Position numbers and translations under genes: made by a program. Of a DNA stretch of 64,000 bases, positions 1 to 12,650 are shown piece by piece. How positions within the stretch are numbered: position 1 is the first letter of the stretch; each line of letters begins with the position of its first letter. Location: the NCBI RefSeq assembly GCF_018350175.1, contig NC_058374.1, forward strand, positions 2,976,001-3,040,000, read 5' to 3'. The notes below the pieces were generated by a model that saw only the letters and a program-made list of their open reading frames with translations, did not search any database and was not told the DNA's origin. This stretch comes from Felis catus. Taxonomy: Eukaryota.

Positions 1-502
1 TTAAAGTAGTGGATGGTATAGCAGTGCAATAAAACACAACCAGCCTTCACGCACGGGGAGATGATTGCACACGCGCTAACAAGAAAGCCTCCCACGCTCA
101 CTGCTAAAGATAAGATAACACACAGTTTTCATTTCTTTCTGTGTGAATAAGGAAAGGTATCTTGTGGACCTATATACAGAAAACTTCCAGAAGGACCACT
201 TTGGAATCGTATCGATCGCTACCTTCGGGGAGAGAGGAGTTGAGGTGATGGATGTGTGCCAAGGGAAATGTGACTTCCCATGTGCGCGTGCAACTGTTTA
301 GTTTGTGCGGGGACTGGCTTCAAGTCACGAAATGTACATGTTTTTACATATAGGGAAAGACATCCTCCTGCATCACAAACCCCAGCTGAAGTCACCCCTC
401 TGTGAAGCCTGCTCTGTATCCTATGTTTACTTTCTTTTCTAAGCCGGGTGGTAACCGTTATCACTGAGCAATTACTCAGCTGTTTTAAAGCTGACAATGG
501 TC

Positions 503-525
503 GGGGGGGGGGGGTGGGGGGGGGG
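503..525 (+). repeat. poly-G tract (G12-T-G10)
   Basis: Read directly. Confidence 0.9.
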
Positions 526-859
526 TCACTCGGTGCTGTCATCACCAACATGACCACACAATTCACCTCTCTCTACCCCCTCAGGGATCTTTGCAGAATG
601 TTTAGTACCTGTTGGGTGGGTATCGACACGTTTATTGTTCAACTTAGGGTGCGATTGGAATTACCTTTTCGAGGAAAAGGACCAGACGCTTTAAATCGCA
701 TGCTGGTCATGTTACGTTGAATCGCAAACGTCCCCGAGAGTCACCCTAGGTGTGAAGGACAGGTGTGCTCCCTGGGAACCACGGATGTTTACCTCCGTGT
801 AAATAAACGTGTTTGGTTGTGTTTTGATTCACTCGGGCTGATTAATTTCCTCGTTCATC

Positions 860-2450
860 TCTTCCACACCGGTTCTCAGTGCCTCCTGTGCACCAGGCGC
901 GCTGGGTGGCCAAGCCCCCAAACGCCATCTCGGCGGGGGGCTCCTGGGAGCATCCTGCTCCCCCTGGTTAGCTCACGCCCTCTGGAAGCAGGTGCCAAGA
1001 CGCGGCCCACACACGAGAGGGGCATGGGGGGAAATACCTGTGAGGGACACACGAGTTTGCAGGGAACACCTAGACCGGGAGCGCCACGTCTGACTCTGTG
1101 GAAGGCAGCAGAAGGGGGAGCGGCGGGAGGAAGGATGCTCACTGACCAACGTGGGCCTGGCCGGTGGGGACTCCCAGAGCTGCCATCACCTTTGGGAGTC
1201 CTGACATTCAGAGCAGCGTGCTGGCCCTGTGCCCCCGCGAGGGGCAGCCCGAGGGAGCCATAGGCTCCGTATGAACATGGTGACACGTTCACAGGGCAGC
1301 CACGGTCCCCACACCCGGGCTGTCCGGGGACTGCCCCCCCACCCCGATTTTCAGGGCGGTCTGGGCGGTGCATCTTCACGATCACAACACTAAGAGAGTC
1401 ACAGCCCTCGTCGTCTTTACCGAGAGGAAAGAAGAAAACACCGTGAAGTGATTCGACTTCACACGTTGAGTTCCAAAAAACCACAAACACGAGCAAAGAC
1501 AAATAAAACAAGACCAGGGGTTGGCAGGGGGACGCTGCCTTTTGAGGGGGGCCGGAGCGAGGGGTGACTCGGAGAGGCGTGCCGCGCGGAGAAGGGCCGG
1601 AGGGTTTGGGATCTGGAGGGGCGAGCCAACGGTGACAGAATTCAGCTGCGGCGGACGGCACAGGGCGCGACAGGACGGGGAGGGAGGGGACGCCTCCTGT
1701 GATTCTGGCTTGAGCCACGGGGCAGTGGACGCCCCCCCCCTTGGGACGTGGGCCTGCTGGGCGGCCGCTGCTCGGTGCAGGGTGCAGACTCAGCGGGGGA
1801 CGCGTCCCCTGTGCGAATCGGGCGAGCACGGCTTCCACCCGGTGACCCCCAACACTGACGACTCAGAGGAAAGAGGAAGCATCCGTCTGACCGCCAGTCA
1901 TGCCTGCTTTTGTCTGCCCTGCCCGACGGGCTCCCCGGACACTCGGGACGGAGCCCTGTGTCCACACGAGAGGGGGCAGGGCCGGCACGTTTCCCAGGCC
2001 GAGGGCGCGTGCCCCCCGCCGCACCCCATCCATCCACGGCCTCCCCTGTCTCCTCGGGACGCTGGGAGGCCCTCCCCACGTCCCTTTTCCTTTACTTTCC
2101 GGTTTTGCTCTCTTCCCTGGAAACTTCGCCTCGGTTGCAATCCTTTTGGGGGGCGGTGGAGATGGCTCTGGCTCTTCGGAAGAACCCCAAATTTCTCTCA
2201 AGCTGGTTCTTTTATAATAACGTTAATCTTCTGTAAGCCTGGCACAGACACCGTGTTTGGAAACGCAGGGCAGCTCCCAGGCATTCTGGTAATGGCTCGT
2301 TTTACAAAACCAGGGGGCTGAGGCCCTAAAACTTTGCCTGGAGAAGACCCGCCTCTGACGGGGGGGGGGGGGGGGGGGGGTCCCTGTGGGCTCCAACCTG
2401 ACAGCCACCGCTGCCCGAGCCGTCAGCGCGCAGGCTTCCTTCCCTGTCCT
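860..2450. promoter_or_regulatory. CpG-island-like GC-rich block
   Basis: Visibly high GC and dense CpG (e.g. 1545-2090 GCCGCGCGG, GCGGCGGACGG, GGGCGGCCGC) with long stop-poor ORFs on both strands. No associated exon identified; CpG o/e not computed. Confidence 0.5.
2360..2380 (+). repeat. poly-G tract (G21)
   Basis: Read directly. Confidence 0.9.
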
Positions 2451-3105
2451 CGAATCAAAAACATGTTCGATCATTTTTGCTAGCAAAAGTCTCCAAATAA
2501 ATGAAAATGAGATAATTTGTAGCAGTGCATTCTAGGCAGAGAGCAGAGAATCTGAGCACTTTCCCTGGCTGCCTTTCCTTGCCTCACCTGTATCTTTCTT
2601 ATAGGTACAAATGATGCTAATTTCACGGATGCGATGCAGCCCATGAAAACGCCGTCTTCCGGAGCAAGAACAATTTAACCGTTGACCTTAAGCCCTGAAT
2701 TCGATGCACAAGTTTCATTTTGTTAAGCAGAAGGCGGCGCGAGAGGCGAGGGTGTTTTCCGCTAATGACAGAGCCGAGATCAATTGCCCAGGAAGAGGGA
2801 CTAGGTATGCGTGGAGGTGAATGGCGGTTCCTTGGGAAACCAGATGAGGAATAACATTTACTTGTCTCCGGAAGTGCGAGGCGTGCGGGACGGGTGCCTC
2901 ATCCGAGACCCCGAATGCGTAACCGCCCCAGGCTTCAGGAAGGCTCTTCTGTATACCGCTGTGATGACCACGTGCCTAATGGATGGATATGTGACTCAGT
3001 CTCCACTTTTTAAAACAAGGAATGACGATACCGTGGGGGGACAGGTAGAGACGGAGCAGTGCGGTGACCAGAACCAATCACGTTGTTTCAGGGACACAAA
3101 GGAAG

Positions 3106-3106
<1 letters not shown>

Positions 3107-3138
<32 letters not shown>
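3107..3138 (+). repeat. poly-G tract (G32)
   Basis: Read directly. Confidence 0.9.
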
Positions 3139-3139
<1 letters not shown>

Positions 3140-3750
3140 GGAACGGGTTCAGACACATCTCCACGTGACGTGATCCCTCTGACTGACAAGACTTTCCAAC
3201 TACTCCTTCCCCGTGATTGACAGGCAGGCTGGAGAAGGGACGAGCAGGCAATTGCCATTCTGTGCTATCTTTGCATAAATACCGACGCCCTAAATAGTCC
3301 TGCCAGTGGAGAGACGGGCCTCCGCCGAGAGCTGCTACCCGGGACCCCCCTGCAGCTTCCCGGGAGCTTTATTGTTTCCCCCAGGCGCCGAGATGAGGCC
3401 AGACCCCAAACGCTGCAAAGTGCGTAGATGTCTCCCCAGCCCCTGGATATCAGCGGAATGCATATTACATTTGGGGGCAGAAGGCCAGAGACAACCCCAG
3501 ACACGTCGTTTATTTGTGTATGATCCACGGTGGGTAATTCTGATTCTGAATTGCAGTCCTTTCCTCAGTTAAAATAGGATTAAAATACTGACCCTTCCTA
3601 ATACACACAGCCTGATTTTTTTTTTTTTTTTTTTTTTTTGAGAGCCAAGTAAAATCATGACAAGGGACAGGCTTGCATTATTATCGTTAGGGCCGTACTC
3701 CAAATTCTGTTCAAACCCTTAACCACCTCCTGTTAAAACCAGTATGTGTC

Positions 3751-3968
3751 GGGGCGCCTGGGTGGCTCAGTCGGTTGAGCGTCGGACTTCAGCTCAGGTC
3801 ATGATCTCGCGGTCCGTGAGTTCGAGCCCCGCATCAGGCTCTGGGCTGATGGCTCAGAGCCTGGAGCCTGCTTCCGATTCTGTGTCTCCCTCTCTCTCTG
3901 CCCCTCCCCCATTCATGCTCTGTCTCTCTCTGTCTCAAAAATAAATAAACATTAAAAAAAAAAAAAAA
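3751..3968 (+). mobile_element. Can-SINE (SINEC_Fc type), full length
   Basis: GGGGCGCCTGGGTGGCTCAGTCGG head, B box GTTCGAGCC, (CT)n, AATAAA/A tail. TSD CAGTATGTGTC at 3740-3750 and 3969-3979. Confidence 0.97.
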
Positions 3969-3979
3969 CAGTATGTGTC

Positions 3980-4126
3980 AGGGAGCTGGGTGGCTCAGTC
4001 AGTTGAGCGTCGGACTTCAGCTCAGGTCATGATCTCACGGTTCGTGAGTTCGAGCCCCGCATCAAGCTTTGTGCTGATGGCTCAGAGCCCGGACCCTGCT
4101 TCAGATTCTGTGTCTCCCTTTCTCTC
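3980..4126 (+). mobile_element. Can-SINE, more diverged, cut by assembly gap
   Basis: AGGGAGCTGGGTGGCTCAGTCAG head and SINE body running into the N tract. Confidence 0.95.
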
Positions 4127-4254
4127 NNNNNNNNNNNNNNNNNNNNNNNNNNNNNNNNNNNNNNNNNNNNNNNNNNNNNNNNNNNNNNNNNNNNNNNNNN
4201 NNNNNNNNNNNNNNNNNNNNNNNNNNNNNNNNNNNNNNNNNNNNNNNNNNNNNN
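4127..4254. other. assembly gap (128 N)
   Basis: N run. Confidence 1.
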
Positions 4255-4556
4255 GACAGGCTGGTTTGGCTGTGATTTTTCTCATGGAGAAACACAGCCA
4301 GATCACTATCATGTCTAATGGAAACAGAACAGTCCTGGTAAAAGCAGGGATTTAGCAAACGAGAGTAAATGAGTAAATCCAACCCCAATCTTGTTTTAAA
4401 TGCACTTTTGAAATCTCCTGAAACCTGAGAAAACTTCTAACACCACAGAAAAAGCCCTATCATCCCTGCTTCCCTTTCTATCCGTTCACAAAATGGCCAG
4501 AAAGGACAAGTGGGTAGCTTGTGGGTTGAACTCTTTTTTAAACAGTGTAACAATTT

Positions 4557-4749
4557 GGGGCGCCTGGGTGGCTCAGTCGGTTGAGCGTCCGGCTTTGGCT
4601 CAGGTCACGATCTCACAGTTTGTGGGTTGGAGCCCCGCATCCCGCTCTGTGCTGACAGCTCAGAGCCTGGAGCCTGCTTCGAATTCTGTGTCTCCCTCTC
4701 TGTCTGCTCCTCCCCCACGCATGCTCTGTCTCTCTCTCTCCTTCAAAAA

Positions 4750-4792
<43 letters not shown>

Positions 4793-4815
4793 CATTAAAA
4801 AAAATAAATAAAAAC
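4557..4815 (+). mobile_element. Can-SINE with (TAAA)n tail
   Basis: Full head and body; TSD core TAACAATTT on both sides. Confidence 0.96.
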
Positions 4816-6016
4816 CAATATAACAATTTATCTCCACTATGAGCATAGGGATGGGACAGCAGGTAAAAACTACAATCCAACTCAACACCAAGATTCTAAT
4901 CCGGGTAAAGCACATGCTCCCGGAAAGTGTAACTGGGACACTCGCCAGCCTATCGATGCACGTTCCCGTGCCCTCCGTGGTCTCCTCCGGGATGTGCGGC
5001 TGAAGAGATTGGTGTTAGGGGAGTGAGCTACTCTGTGTCTCCACTCCTCAACATTTCCATGTGAGGAAAGGTCACTCAAATGAACCACCAGATCAGCTTG
5101 GAAGAGGAAAAGAATGAGAAGGTTCTGCATTCTGCTGTGGACCACCTGAAATATGAACAGTTGGGAGATGGTTTCGGGTAAAGGGACCCATACTTGACCC
5201 TCCATCCAATGGCACTGCCTTCCAGCACCTGTGGTGCGTCTCCTGCGGCACCGAGAAGGGTTTGCCACGGGGACGACTCCGTCACTCTACACTCCTGTGC
5301 CTCCGCATCCCCGGAACCGTGAGGAGTCCTGAGTTCCGACCCATGGAGACGCGGCCAGTCCAAGAAAGGCAGGTAGTGTGTGAGCCATGGCTTCAGTCTT
5401 CTCCCCTGGCGAAGCAGGATCGGGCAGCTTAAATGTACTCTTCCGGCCAAAGCCGCAGGTGGACTGTCAGCTTCGCACCAGAGCAGCACGCATCCTGAAA
5501 TGGTCAGGGACACCACCTTTTGCTGATAAAATAACCAGCACTTTCATTTTTCAGGTTAACAAGTACAAAAGTAGTTCATAACCCTCATGAAAGGGCATCT
5601 GTTGGCGAGCACTGCCCTCGTGGATCCCAGAGTCTGGCGAACAGGTGCAATTTTCAGAAATACTGAAAAAGCGTGTATATGACAATCCAAAAACACAACC
5701 AATAAACTATGGAATGTTACTTCTGTTTACACCCATTCGCCATCATACTTCTGTAAATAGTTAACTCCATTATGACAAAAGTATGATGTTTCTCCTGTGG
5801 ATTAAATACACCTTTGCAGATGTCAAAAGCCCGCATATGTAGTTCTATCCAGGAGGATCATGTCGTGGCGGGGCACCCCGGGACAGGCCAGCTGCTGGCG
5901 TCTGTGCTTCCCAGGTCATTCCGGGCGGCCGTGGAGAGGTTGGGAAGCCCACCAGACACTCCTCTGTAACCATCCACAACCTGCCCCCTTTTCTTAAAAA
6001 TAATTTATAAAATTCT

Positions 6017-6239
6017 GGGGCGCCTGGGTGGCGCAGTCGGTTAAGCGTCCGACTTCAGCCAGGTCACGATCTCGCGGTCCGTGAGTTCGAGCCCCGCGTC
6101 AGGCTCTGGGCTGATGGCTCGGAGCCTGGAGCCTGTTTCCGATTCTGTGTCTCCCTCTCTCTCTGCCCCTCCCCCGTTCATGCTCTGTCTCTCTCTGTCC
6201 CAAAAATAAATAAACGTTGAAAAAAAAATTAAAAAAAAA
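6017..6239 (+). mobile_element. Can-SINE, young variant
   Basis: GGCGCAGTCGGTTAAGCGTCCGACTTCAGCCAGG head with CpGs intact; perfect TSD TAATTTATAAAATTC at 6001-6015 and 6240-6254. Confidence 0.98.
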
Positions 6240-7479
6240 TAATTTATAAAATTCCATGTAACTGTTTAAATTGGTGGCTACCAGACATTATTATTGACTA
6301 ATAAATCCTACATCTCCACGGGGAAAGGAGGATGTGACCCCGTGACGCACAGCATACTGTGGGTCCTGAATGCTTCCGTAGCAAGTGCAAACCATAGCTG
6401 TGCCTCCAGATGAGCTTTTCCAGAGTCAAATAAGCATACGAACTTTTCCATCCTGATGAAGGAAAATCGCCTGGGAAGGCCTTTTTCTTTGTAAACCATG
6501 AGAAGGTGCATGAGCCAGACGTCCTGTGTAATTAGCACACCTTGGGGTCTACACAGCTCGGTGATGAGTCAGTTGGAGAGCAGGACAAAGATGTGTTTCC
6601 CAGACAACACTTTTGGCCTTATCTTCCATGCAGTATAAAATTGCTAATGTGAAAATGGCAAACATCAATTCAGAAATCTTGTGTGAATGAATGAACACGT
6701 GAAGCTTTGTCTTAAAAGGCCTTTACTATCAAGAAAAAAAAAATCATAGCCTTCACTGCTTTTCACGAACACTGATTTGGTATCCCACGGATTTATCAAT
6801 CTGGCAGCATTTTGTAAAAGACCTTCTTGTTTTAGAATCCCATCACATCCCTCCAAATCTCCTTTGATATTGTTTTTTTTTTTTTTTCCAGAAGTCACCT
6901 CTCACTACTGTCTGCAACCCCATCGACAGGGTCGGACAATCCATGAACACTGAATGAGACTCAGCCACAGAATGAAAAGTGCCTTTTGTAATTTCAGTGC
7001 CTGGTTAGATCACACCCAATTATACTACTTACCACTTGTAAAGGAAATCTATCAAACCCGTTGAAACATTTATAATGACATTTTAACTCCCTTCCATTGA
7101 AAACGCATCGAAAAGTATTCTGTAAGTGCCCGTATTTAGCAGGAAGCTATTATTTGGAAGAGGAACCAAATGTCGGAACCTGCTGTTTTAAAATTGCTTT
7201 CCAAATTCAAGGAAACATTTTACAAAGGAGGCTCATAATGGAGCCTGAGCCGGGCCCGGGGGACGCACATGCCTTGTCCGTTGACCCTCTGGAACTTGAT
7301 AAAACGGGAGGCAGATTACACTTGCCCTGTCTGTGCCACAGCATCACGCTGACCCACAGCATTCGTGAGAACCAGAAATCATTTATTGTCAGTGCTGTCC
7401 CGAATATATCCTGACAGTTCAGTGGGGGTTTCACTGCCATTTATTTTCAAATCAATACTCAATTACGAAGAGGAAGATT

Positions 7480-8160
7480 CACTCCCTTGCCCATTTCAAG
7501 ATGAAATTATGGACTGAAGCAATAACACTTAGTCAAGGCAAACCACCGTCCATTAACTCATGATGTTACCGAAAACCAGCCAGATACTTTATTAAAGTTC
7601 ACTCCCTCTCGCTCTCTCTTTTGGGCTTTTAATTAATCATTGTGAAAAAGGCCTTTCACATTGTGACTGATGACCAGAGAAAACAATTTTCTCCTAACTG
7701 CCTTTTAATTTCAACTCCGGGAGAGCACATTGACCGGATCTCACACCAACCCATCAATGCTCGTTTTTAATGTGTTTTCTCCTTTGTTATTGAGAAGAAC
7801 GGAGCTCTGAGCGGCTCTCCATAACTCACGTAATTGATTCGGTACACGCTTCACGTTGGCTACAGGATAGAGAGTGCTGTCAATGAAGATACTAGGTACT
7901 GTATAAATTACTCCATTAACAAGAAATAAAGCTATTTATGGTTTTAGAGTAAAATGCAGCTGGTGCTAAAAAGAGCAGAGAATAGTGGGATTACATTTGC
8001 TTCGCCTTTGTGTATGCCGTTCCCTGTCTCGGCTCTTGGATTCATGTGGGTAATAATTAGAGTCACAAAATAATGGAGATGGAAGGATGACGATAAAAAT
8101 TAGTCTTAACTGTGGTAAATCTGAAGGCCCAGATGGCAAATGCGTGGGTCAACTTTTTAG
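7480..8160. promoter_or_regulatory. candidate conserved non-coding element / developmental enhancer
   Basis: Repeat-free block with clustered TAATTA/TAATTG, two CATTGT (SOX-type), TTTATGG (posterior Hox/Cdx-type), TGTCA (Meis-type) and CAGATG/CAGCTG E-boxes. Motif-based inference only. Confidence 0.45.
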
Positions 8161-10472
8161 GCTCTGCGACCCACACAGTTTTCACTTTGTTTCAGGTTAG
8201 TGCGTGAAGACATTCCCAGCGAAGCATTTCCAACGTACGTCTTTAGCAAAAACCTTTGAACATACGCACTACCGTGCACTTCAGAAAAACAAAACACAAA
8301 CAAAATTAGGAAATTAAAAATGCTCTGCTGCTTTAAAGAACAGTGTTCTTCTAGGAGTCAAAATTCAGTCCCACAGATGACAAGATTTTTTCATTAAGGT
8401 TTATTTGAAAATAAAAAGGATTCACATATTTGATAACATTTGGTTGAAATTTTTAACACAGCAAAATCTGCATTTAAGAAGTCTACCTTTTCATGTAGAA
8501 TAGACAGTCTTTTTAGACTGAATATTCAGCCTTTTTAGCAAAGACTACCTTTTCATGTTGAATAGACAGCCACAGCCTGTCTCAATCACAGTTATTTCCA
8601 CAAGTCTGCGATGGGGCATACATGGAGATCATCTTCCTGGCTTGGTGATATTGTTACTTGGATCAGATAGGAATTGTTCAAAATCACTGATTTTCTTACA
8701 GTAAAATCATTAAGTATTTACTTCCCTGGAATACAGACCCTCCCTGCTCTCAAAAAGTATCCATACCTTGTCATATACAGAGAAATGAGTTAGAATTAAA
8801 ATTTAAGAAACATCAGAAATCACAAGGACACCAAAAAGTAAGGTTCACCTGGAAGGTATACTAAAATTGTTTCTGCAGAGTATTCAATTGACATCAGCTT
8901 CCTAGCAATCAGGATGAAAAGGGGAAATGTAATTTGTTACACAGTTTTCGTTAAAAAAAAACTACAAGTTTTTCCGAAGAAACTTCTTTCTCGGTAATCT
9001 GTTAGGCTGGCCTTTCTTTCCCCAGTGAGAAGCGAGACGCTGACCATGCGCAGACTCATGGAGGGATGAGGGCTAAGTACACGAGTGCAGCTGAAGTCAA
9101 CAAACGCAAAGGAGGAAGGAAGGAACAGTGAATCCGGTGAAGATTTTGCCGGAAGACGCCCTCCAGGAGCTGGACGTTATACTCGCAATTTGCTTCGTGG
9201 GTGTGCGTCTACATTAGAAGTTCTAGAAGTGTGGCTCCCTCAGACCTCTTCCTGTGGGAACATCTCCGAGGGCCCAGAGGAAGGAAGGGCCACTGTGGCC
9301 TTCGAGTTTCTTGAACAGTTTTATCGACTGCATGTCTGCCCAGACCATCTTGGTACCTGCCAAGTGCATACAGCCGTGTACCTCCCACCTTCACTCGCCA
9401 ACCCGAGATTACGAGCTGCTTCTGTTTCTGAGCTCTGTGCTGCTAACCACCGGATAATCCGTGTTTCGAGATCATACTTTCCTAGAGGTATAAACGAAGT
9501 CACACAGGTAGTAATATGCCTCTGGTTTGCATCCCTAACCACCACTCTGGACACCCCATTCCAAACCAAATCTTTTTCCCTTGGTTTGGGATTATGGACG
9601 AGATCTCACACATGCACATTCCAGAAAGTCTCCAGAGTGTCTCAGTGCATGGACTTTGACGGCCAGGTTCCCACTACTCTCAAGACCTCGTGAAGGCGGA
9701 CAACATAACGTTGCCATCAGCTCACTGCCTATAAAGCTCTCAGTGGCCAGGAAAGCCACTGGCCGACAAGATGCCAGGACACTGTATCGGAAGACAGGCT
9801 GACGCTGCTCAACCCCAACACCTACCTCCCTCCTGCAGGATGAAACACACCAACACCACAAAACACCAGTCCAGATGGAATGCTGAGTTATGATCCCAAG
9901 TTATGATCCCAGCTTTTGGGAGTAGCTGCTCTTTAGCCCCTAGCGATGACTCAAGGGGCCAGTATGCAGAGTAATTTTAGCAGCAGGTAATGTGCTCTAA
10001 CCATAGACCTTGGCCCTGATTATGGAGGCATTGTTAATAGGCCACATATACTTGCTGACTTGCTTCTCTTAGAACACGGTAGACACTGAGAGCCCCCCAG
10101 CCTCTGGCCATGTCTGAGCTCTGAGGTGAGTGCCACTCACACTTGAGCAGAGACGCTTGGATCTGGAATATTGATATCACCTCAATGGCGAACAGGATAG
10201 TTCAAAATGGTGGTCCCATCATCTGCACTGAAGGGTAGACTTCAAAACCACAAAAGGAAGATGAAATGATCTTCACAAGATCACATAAATAGTCAAGGAC
10301 CGGTCTTCATTTCTGGTCTCTCTGGCCTAGGTTGACACCCCTTACCTTTTACATGATGCTTTTAGGTGAATATACAAATAGTATAACTTGTTCTTCAGAA
10401 TGCCCAGGGTCTAGAAAATGTGCAGACCCATGAAAGAAAAATTGTGCAGATCAACTAATTTATATTTTAAAC

Positions 10473-10666
10473 TTTTTAAAAAGCGTTGTATTTATGTTTG
10501 AGAGCATGCAAGTTGGGGAAGGGCAGGGAGCGAGGCGGACAGAGGATCCAAAGCAGGCTCCACACTGACAGCAGTGAGCCCGATGTGGGGCTTGAACTCC
10601 TGAACCGTGACATCATGACCTGAGCCAAAGTCAGACACTCAGCCAACTGAGCCACCCAGGTGTCCC
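10473..10666 (-). mobile_element. Can-SINE, older
   Basis: Reverse-complement SINE ending GCCACCCAGGTGTCCC; TSD TAATTTATATTTTAAAC at 10456-10472 and 10667-10683. Confidence 0.95.
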
Positions 10667-11329
10667 TAATTTATATTTTAAACAAAAAATAGTGTCATCA
10701 TATTTTAAAGTAACCACTGTCCCCTTAAGTCCACACTGAATAAAGGCTGGTCATAGTGGATTGAACATTCTGCACAATCTGTCCAGCCCTGTTACCTGGG
10801 AGAGATGGTGAATACAAAGGAAAATTTCAACTCAGGGATGTCTTGGGTGACGGAGGTGATCCTGGCCATGCACACGTAGGCAGTGATCTTGCTAATGAAC
10901 TACGTATTATTACACAAGTCATTTATCCTTTCCATCCAGAAATCCACTCAGAGCTCCTGAGTGGTGTTTTGCTAAGGGGGCATTTGTTTGCAAAAATCCC
11001 CTCCTCATAAGGCCAAATCGAGGGAAAGAGAAGTCGACGTAAAGGTTTATTTCCCCCAATCCAAGGACAGTGGAAAGCAGCACCAAGCCCCCTGGGGTAG
11101 GAACCAGCTGTTTTGAACAAATTCCTCTCATTACGTCTTTGCTCATCATACAAGTTTTGATTTTTTAAAAGGCTTTCGATCAGAGAGGAATTGCTATGAA
11201 ATCCATGATCACTTGTTGGACTTGAACTGTGACATTTTCTACACAGACATTGGGAACAAGAAGGTGGGCCCTGCCGTGGCCAAGTCTTGGGCGGAGGGAC
11301 ATAGTAACGGTCAAGGTGAGGAACACAGT

Positions 11330-11880
11330 GAACCTGAAGTCAACCTGTCAACCTGTCTCCTCCTGGCTCCAAACCCTGCTGCACCTCCCCCAGCTGCCTC
11401 AAACGCTCCCCTTGGGCTTCCAGGACCCCCACTGCCTGCCTCCTGCAGGTCTTCATGTCCAGTGGCCCTTCTGAGACCCCCCTCCATTCCAACACCCCCT
11501 TGAACTGCTCCAGCCTAGGGGTTCCCATGTTCTTCTCTCCACAAAGGATGGTCGTCCCCAGCGGTCTGCCCAGCTCCCTTCCTCACCTCCTGCAAGTCTC
11601 CTCTGTGGCCACCTTCTACTGAGGTCTTTGCAGAGGGCCCTGTCCAAACCATCCCACCCCTGCACCCCCCATGTCCTCCCCTGCATTACGTTTCCAACAA
11701 ACAGACATCTTTCTCAACCATTGGGTAATTTTCTCTTTTGATAGCCATCTCTCCCCCATTACAGAAGTGAGTTTTGGGGGAGGAGGATTTTTTTCTCCCT
11801 ACTGTTATTTCCCTACCATCAAGAATAGGTCCTGGCACATAACAGACACTCAATCGATATTCGTGGAATGAATAAATATA
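11330..11880 (+). mobile_element. LINE-2 remnant (3' part)
   Basis: Pyrimidine-rich body ending CCTGGCACATAACAGACACTCAATCGATATTCGTGGAATGAATAAA, resembling the L2 3' terminus. Confidence 0.6.
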
Positions 11881-11949
11881 TTTTAGAAACCTATACAGAA
11901 TCACCAAGATAGATTTTTCTAAAGGCTCCTATGATTCACTGATTTATTT

Positions 11950-11999
11950 TTTTAAGTTTTATTTGAGAGAGACAGAGACAGTGTGAGTATAGGAGAGGC

Positions 12000-12036
<37 letters not shown>

Positions 12037-12165
12037 AATCCCAAGCAGGCTCTGCATTGTGAGCACAGGGCCCCATGCGGGGCTCGAACTCACAAACCGT
12101 GAGATCGTGACCTGAGCCAAAACCAAGAGTCAGACACTTAGCTAACTGAGCCACCCAAGAGCCCC
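11950..12165 (-). mobile_element. Can-SINE
   Basis: Reverse SINE with (GA)n; TSD TCACTGATTTATTT at 11936-11949 and 12166-12179. Confidence 0.96.
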
Positions 12166-12650
12166 TCACTGATTTATTTGATTGACATTTTGAATGTCGG
12201 TTGTGCAAGATGCTATATTAGGTCCTAGGGACTGGCAGGTGGGCAAACATAGAGAAGGTCTCTGCCCTCAGGTGGCTTAACCACTTAGGGTCTGAGTAGA
12301 GCACATGCTATATTATTATGCAAAGCCAAGTAGGATTTCATTATTAATGAGTTGGAGAAAGGCGCAGTGCATTGGGAACACAGGGGTGGCTGACGGAGGG
12401 CAGCCTCCTAGGATGGTCACAGAGGCTCACACTGTGACCGGTAGGGTCTTGAGGATGAGGACCCTGATCCAAACAAATACATTCTGGCTGGCCAAAGGAG
12501 GTTGTGAGTGGCAGACCTGGTGAAAGTCCAGCATGGCTGGAAGTGACTGAGAAGGAACCCACTTAACAGAACTGGGGGGAGCAGTCACACAATGCAAGCC
12601 TTTCAGACCTTGTTGAGAATGTTGCCTCCACCCTGAGCTGTGTTAGAATG
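12166..12650 (-). mobile_element. LINE-2 remnant, antisense
   Basis: L2 3'-end-like GGTCCTAGGGACT...AGGTCTCTGCCCTCAGGTGGCTTA followed by a purine-rich body; right boundary uncertain. Confidence 0.5.

Noticed and set aside
763-2321. Long overlapping ORFs (320 aa on -, 266 aa and 166 aa on +)
   Set aside because: Pro/Gly/Arg/Ala-rich, present on both strands, no recognisable domain; expected from stop-codon depletion at high GC.
3751-3830. tRNA-like A and B boxes in SINE heads
   Set aside because: They continue into SINE body, (CT)n and A tail with TSDs, so they are not tRNA genes.
4882-5150. Possible minus-strand exon after a TTCAG acceptor
   Set aside because: No frame gives a recognisable protein and there is no consistent partner exon.
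9085-9693. 202-aa ORF on +
   Set aside because: GTG start, no homology recognised, and it overlaps sequence resembling a decayed MER5-like element.
11820-12290. Tail-to-tail L2 ends resembling the origin of miR-95-type hairpins
   Set aside because: Arms poorly complementary, spacer about 55 nt, and a SINE interrupts one arm; no credible pre-miRNA.
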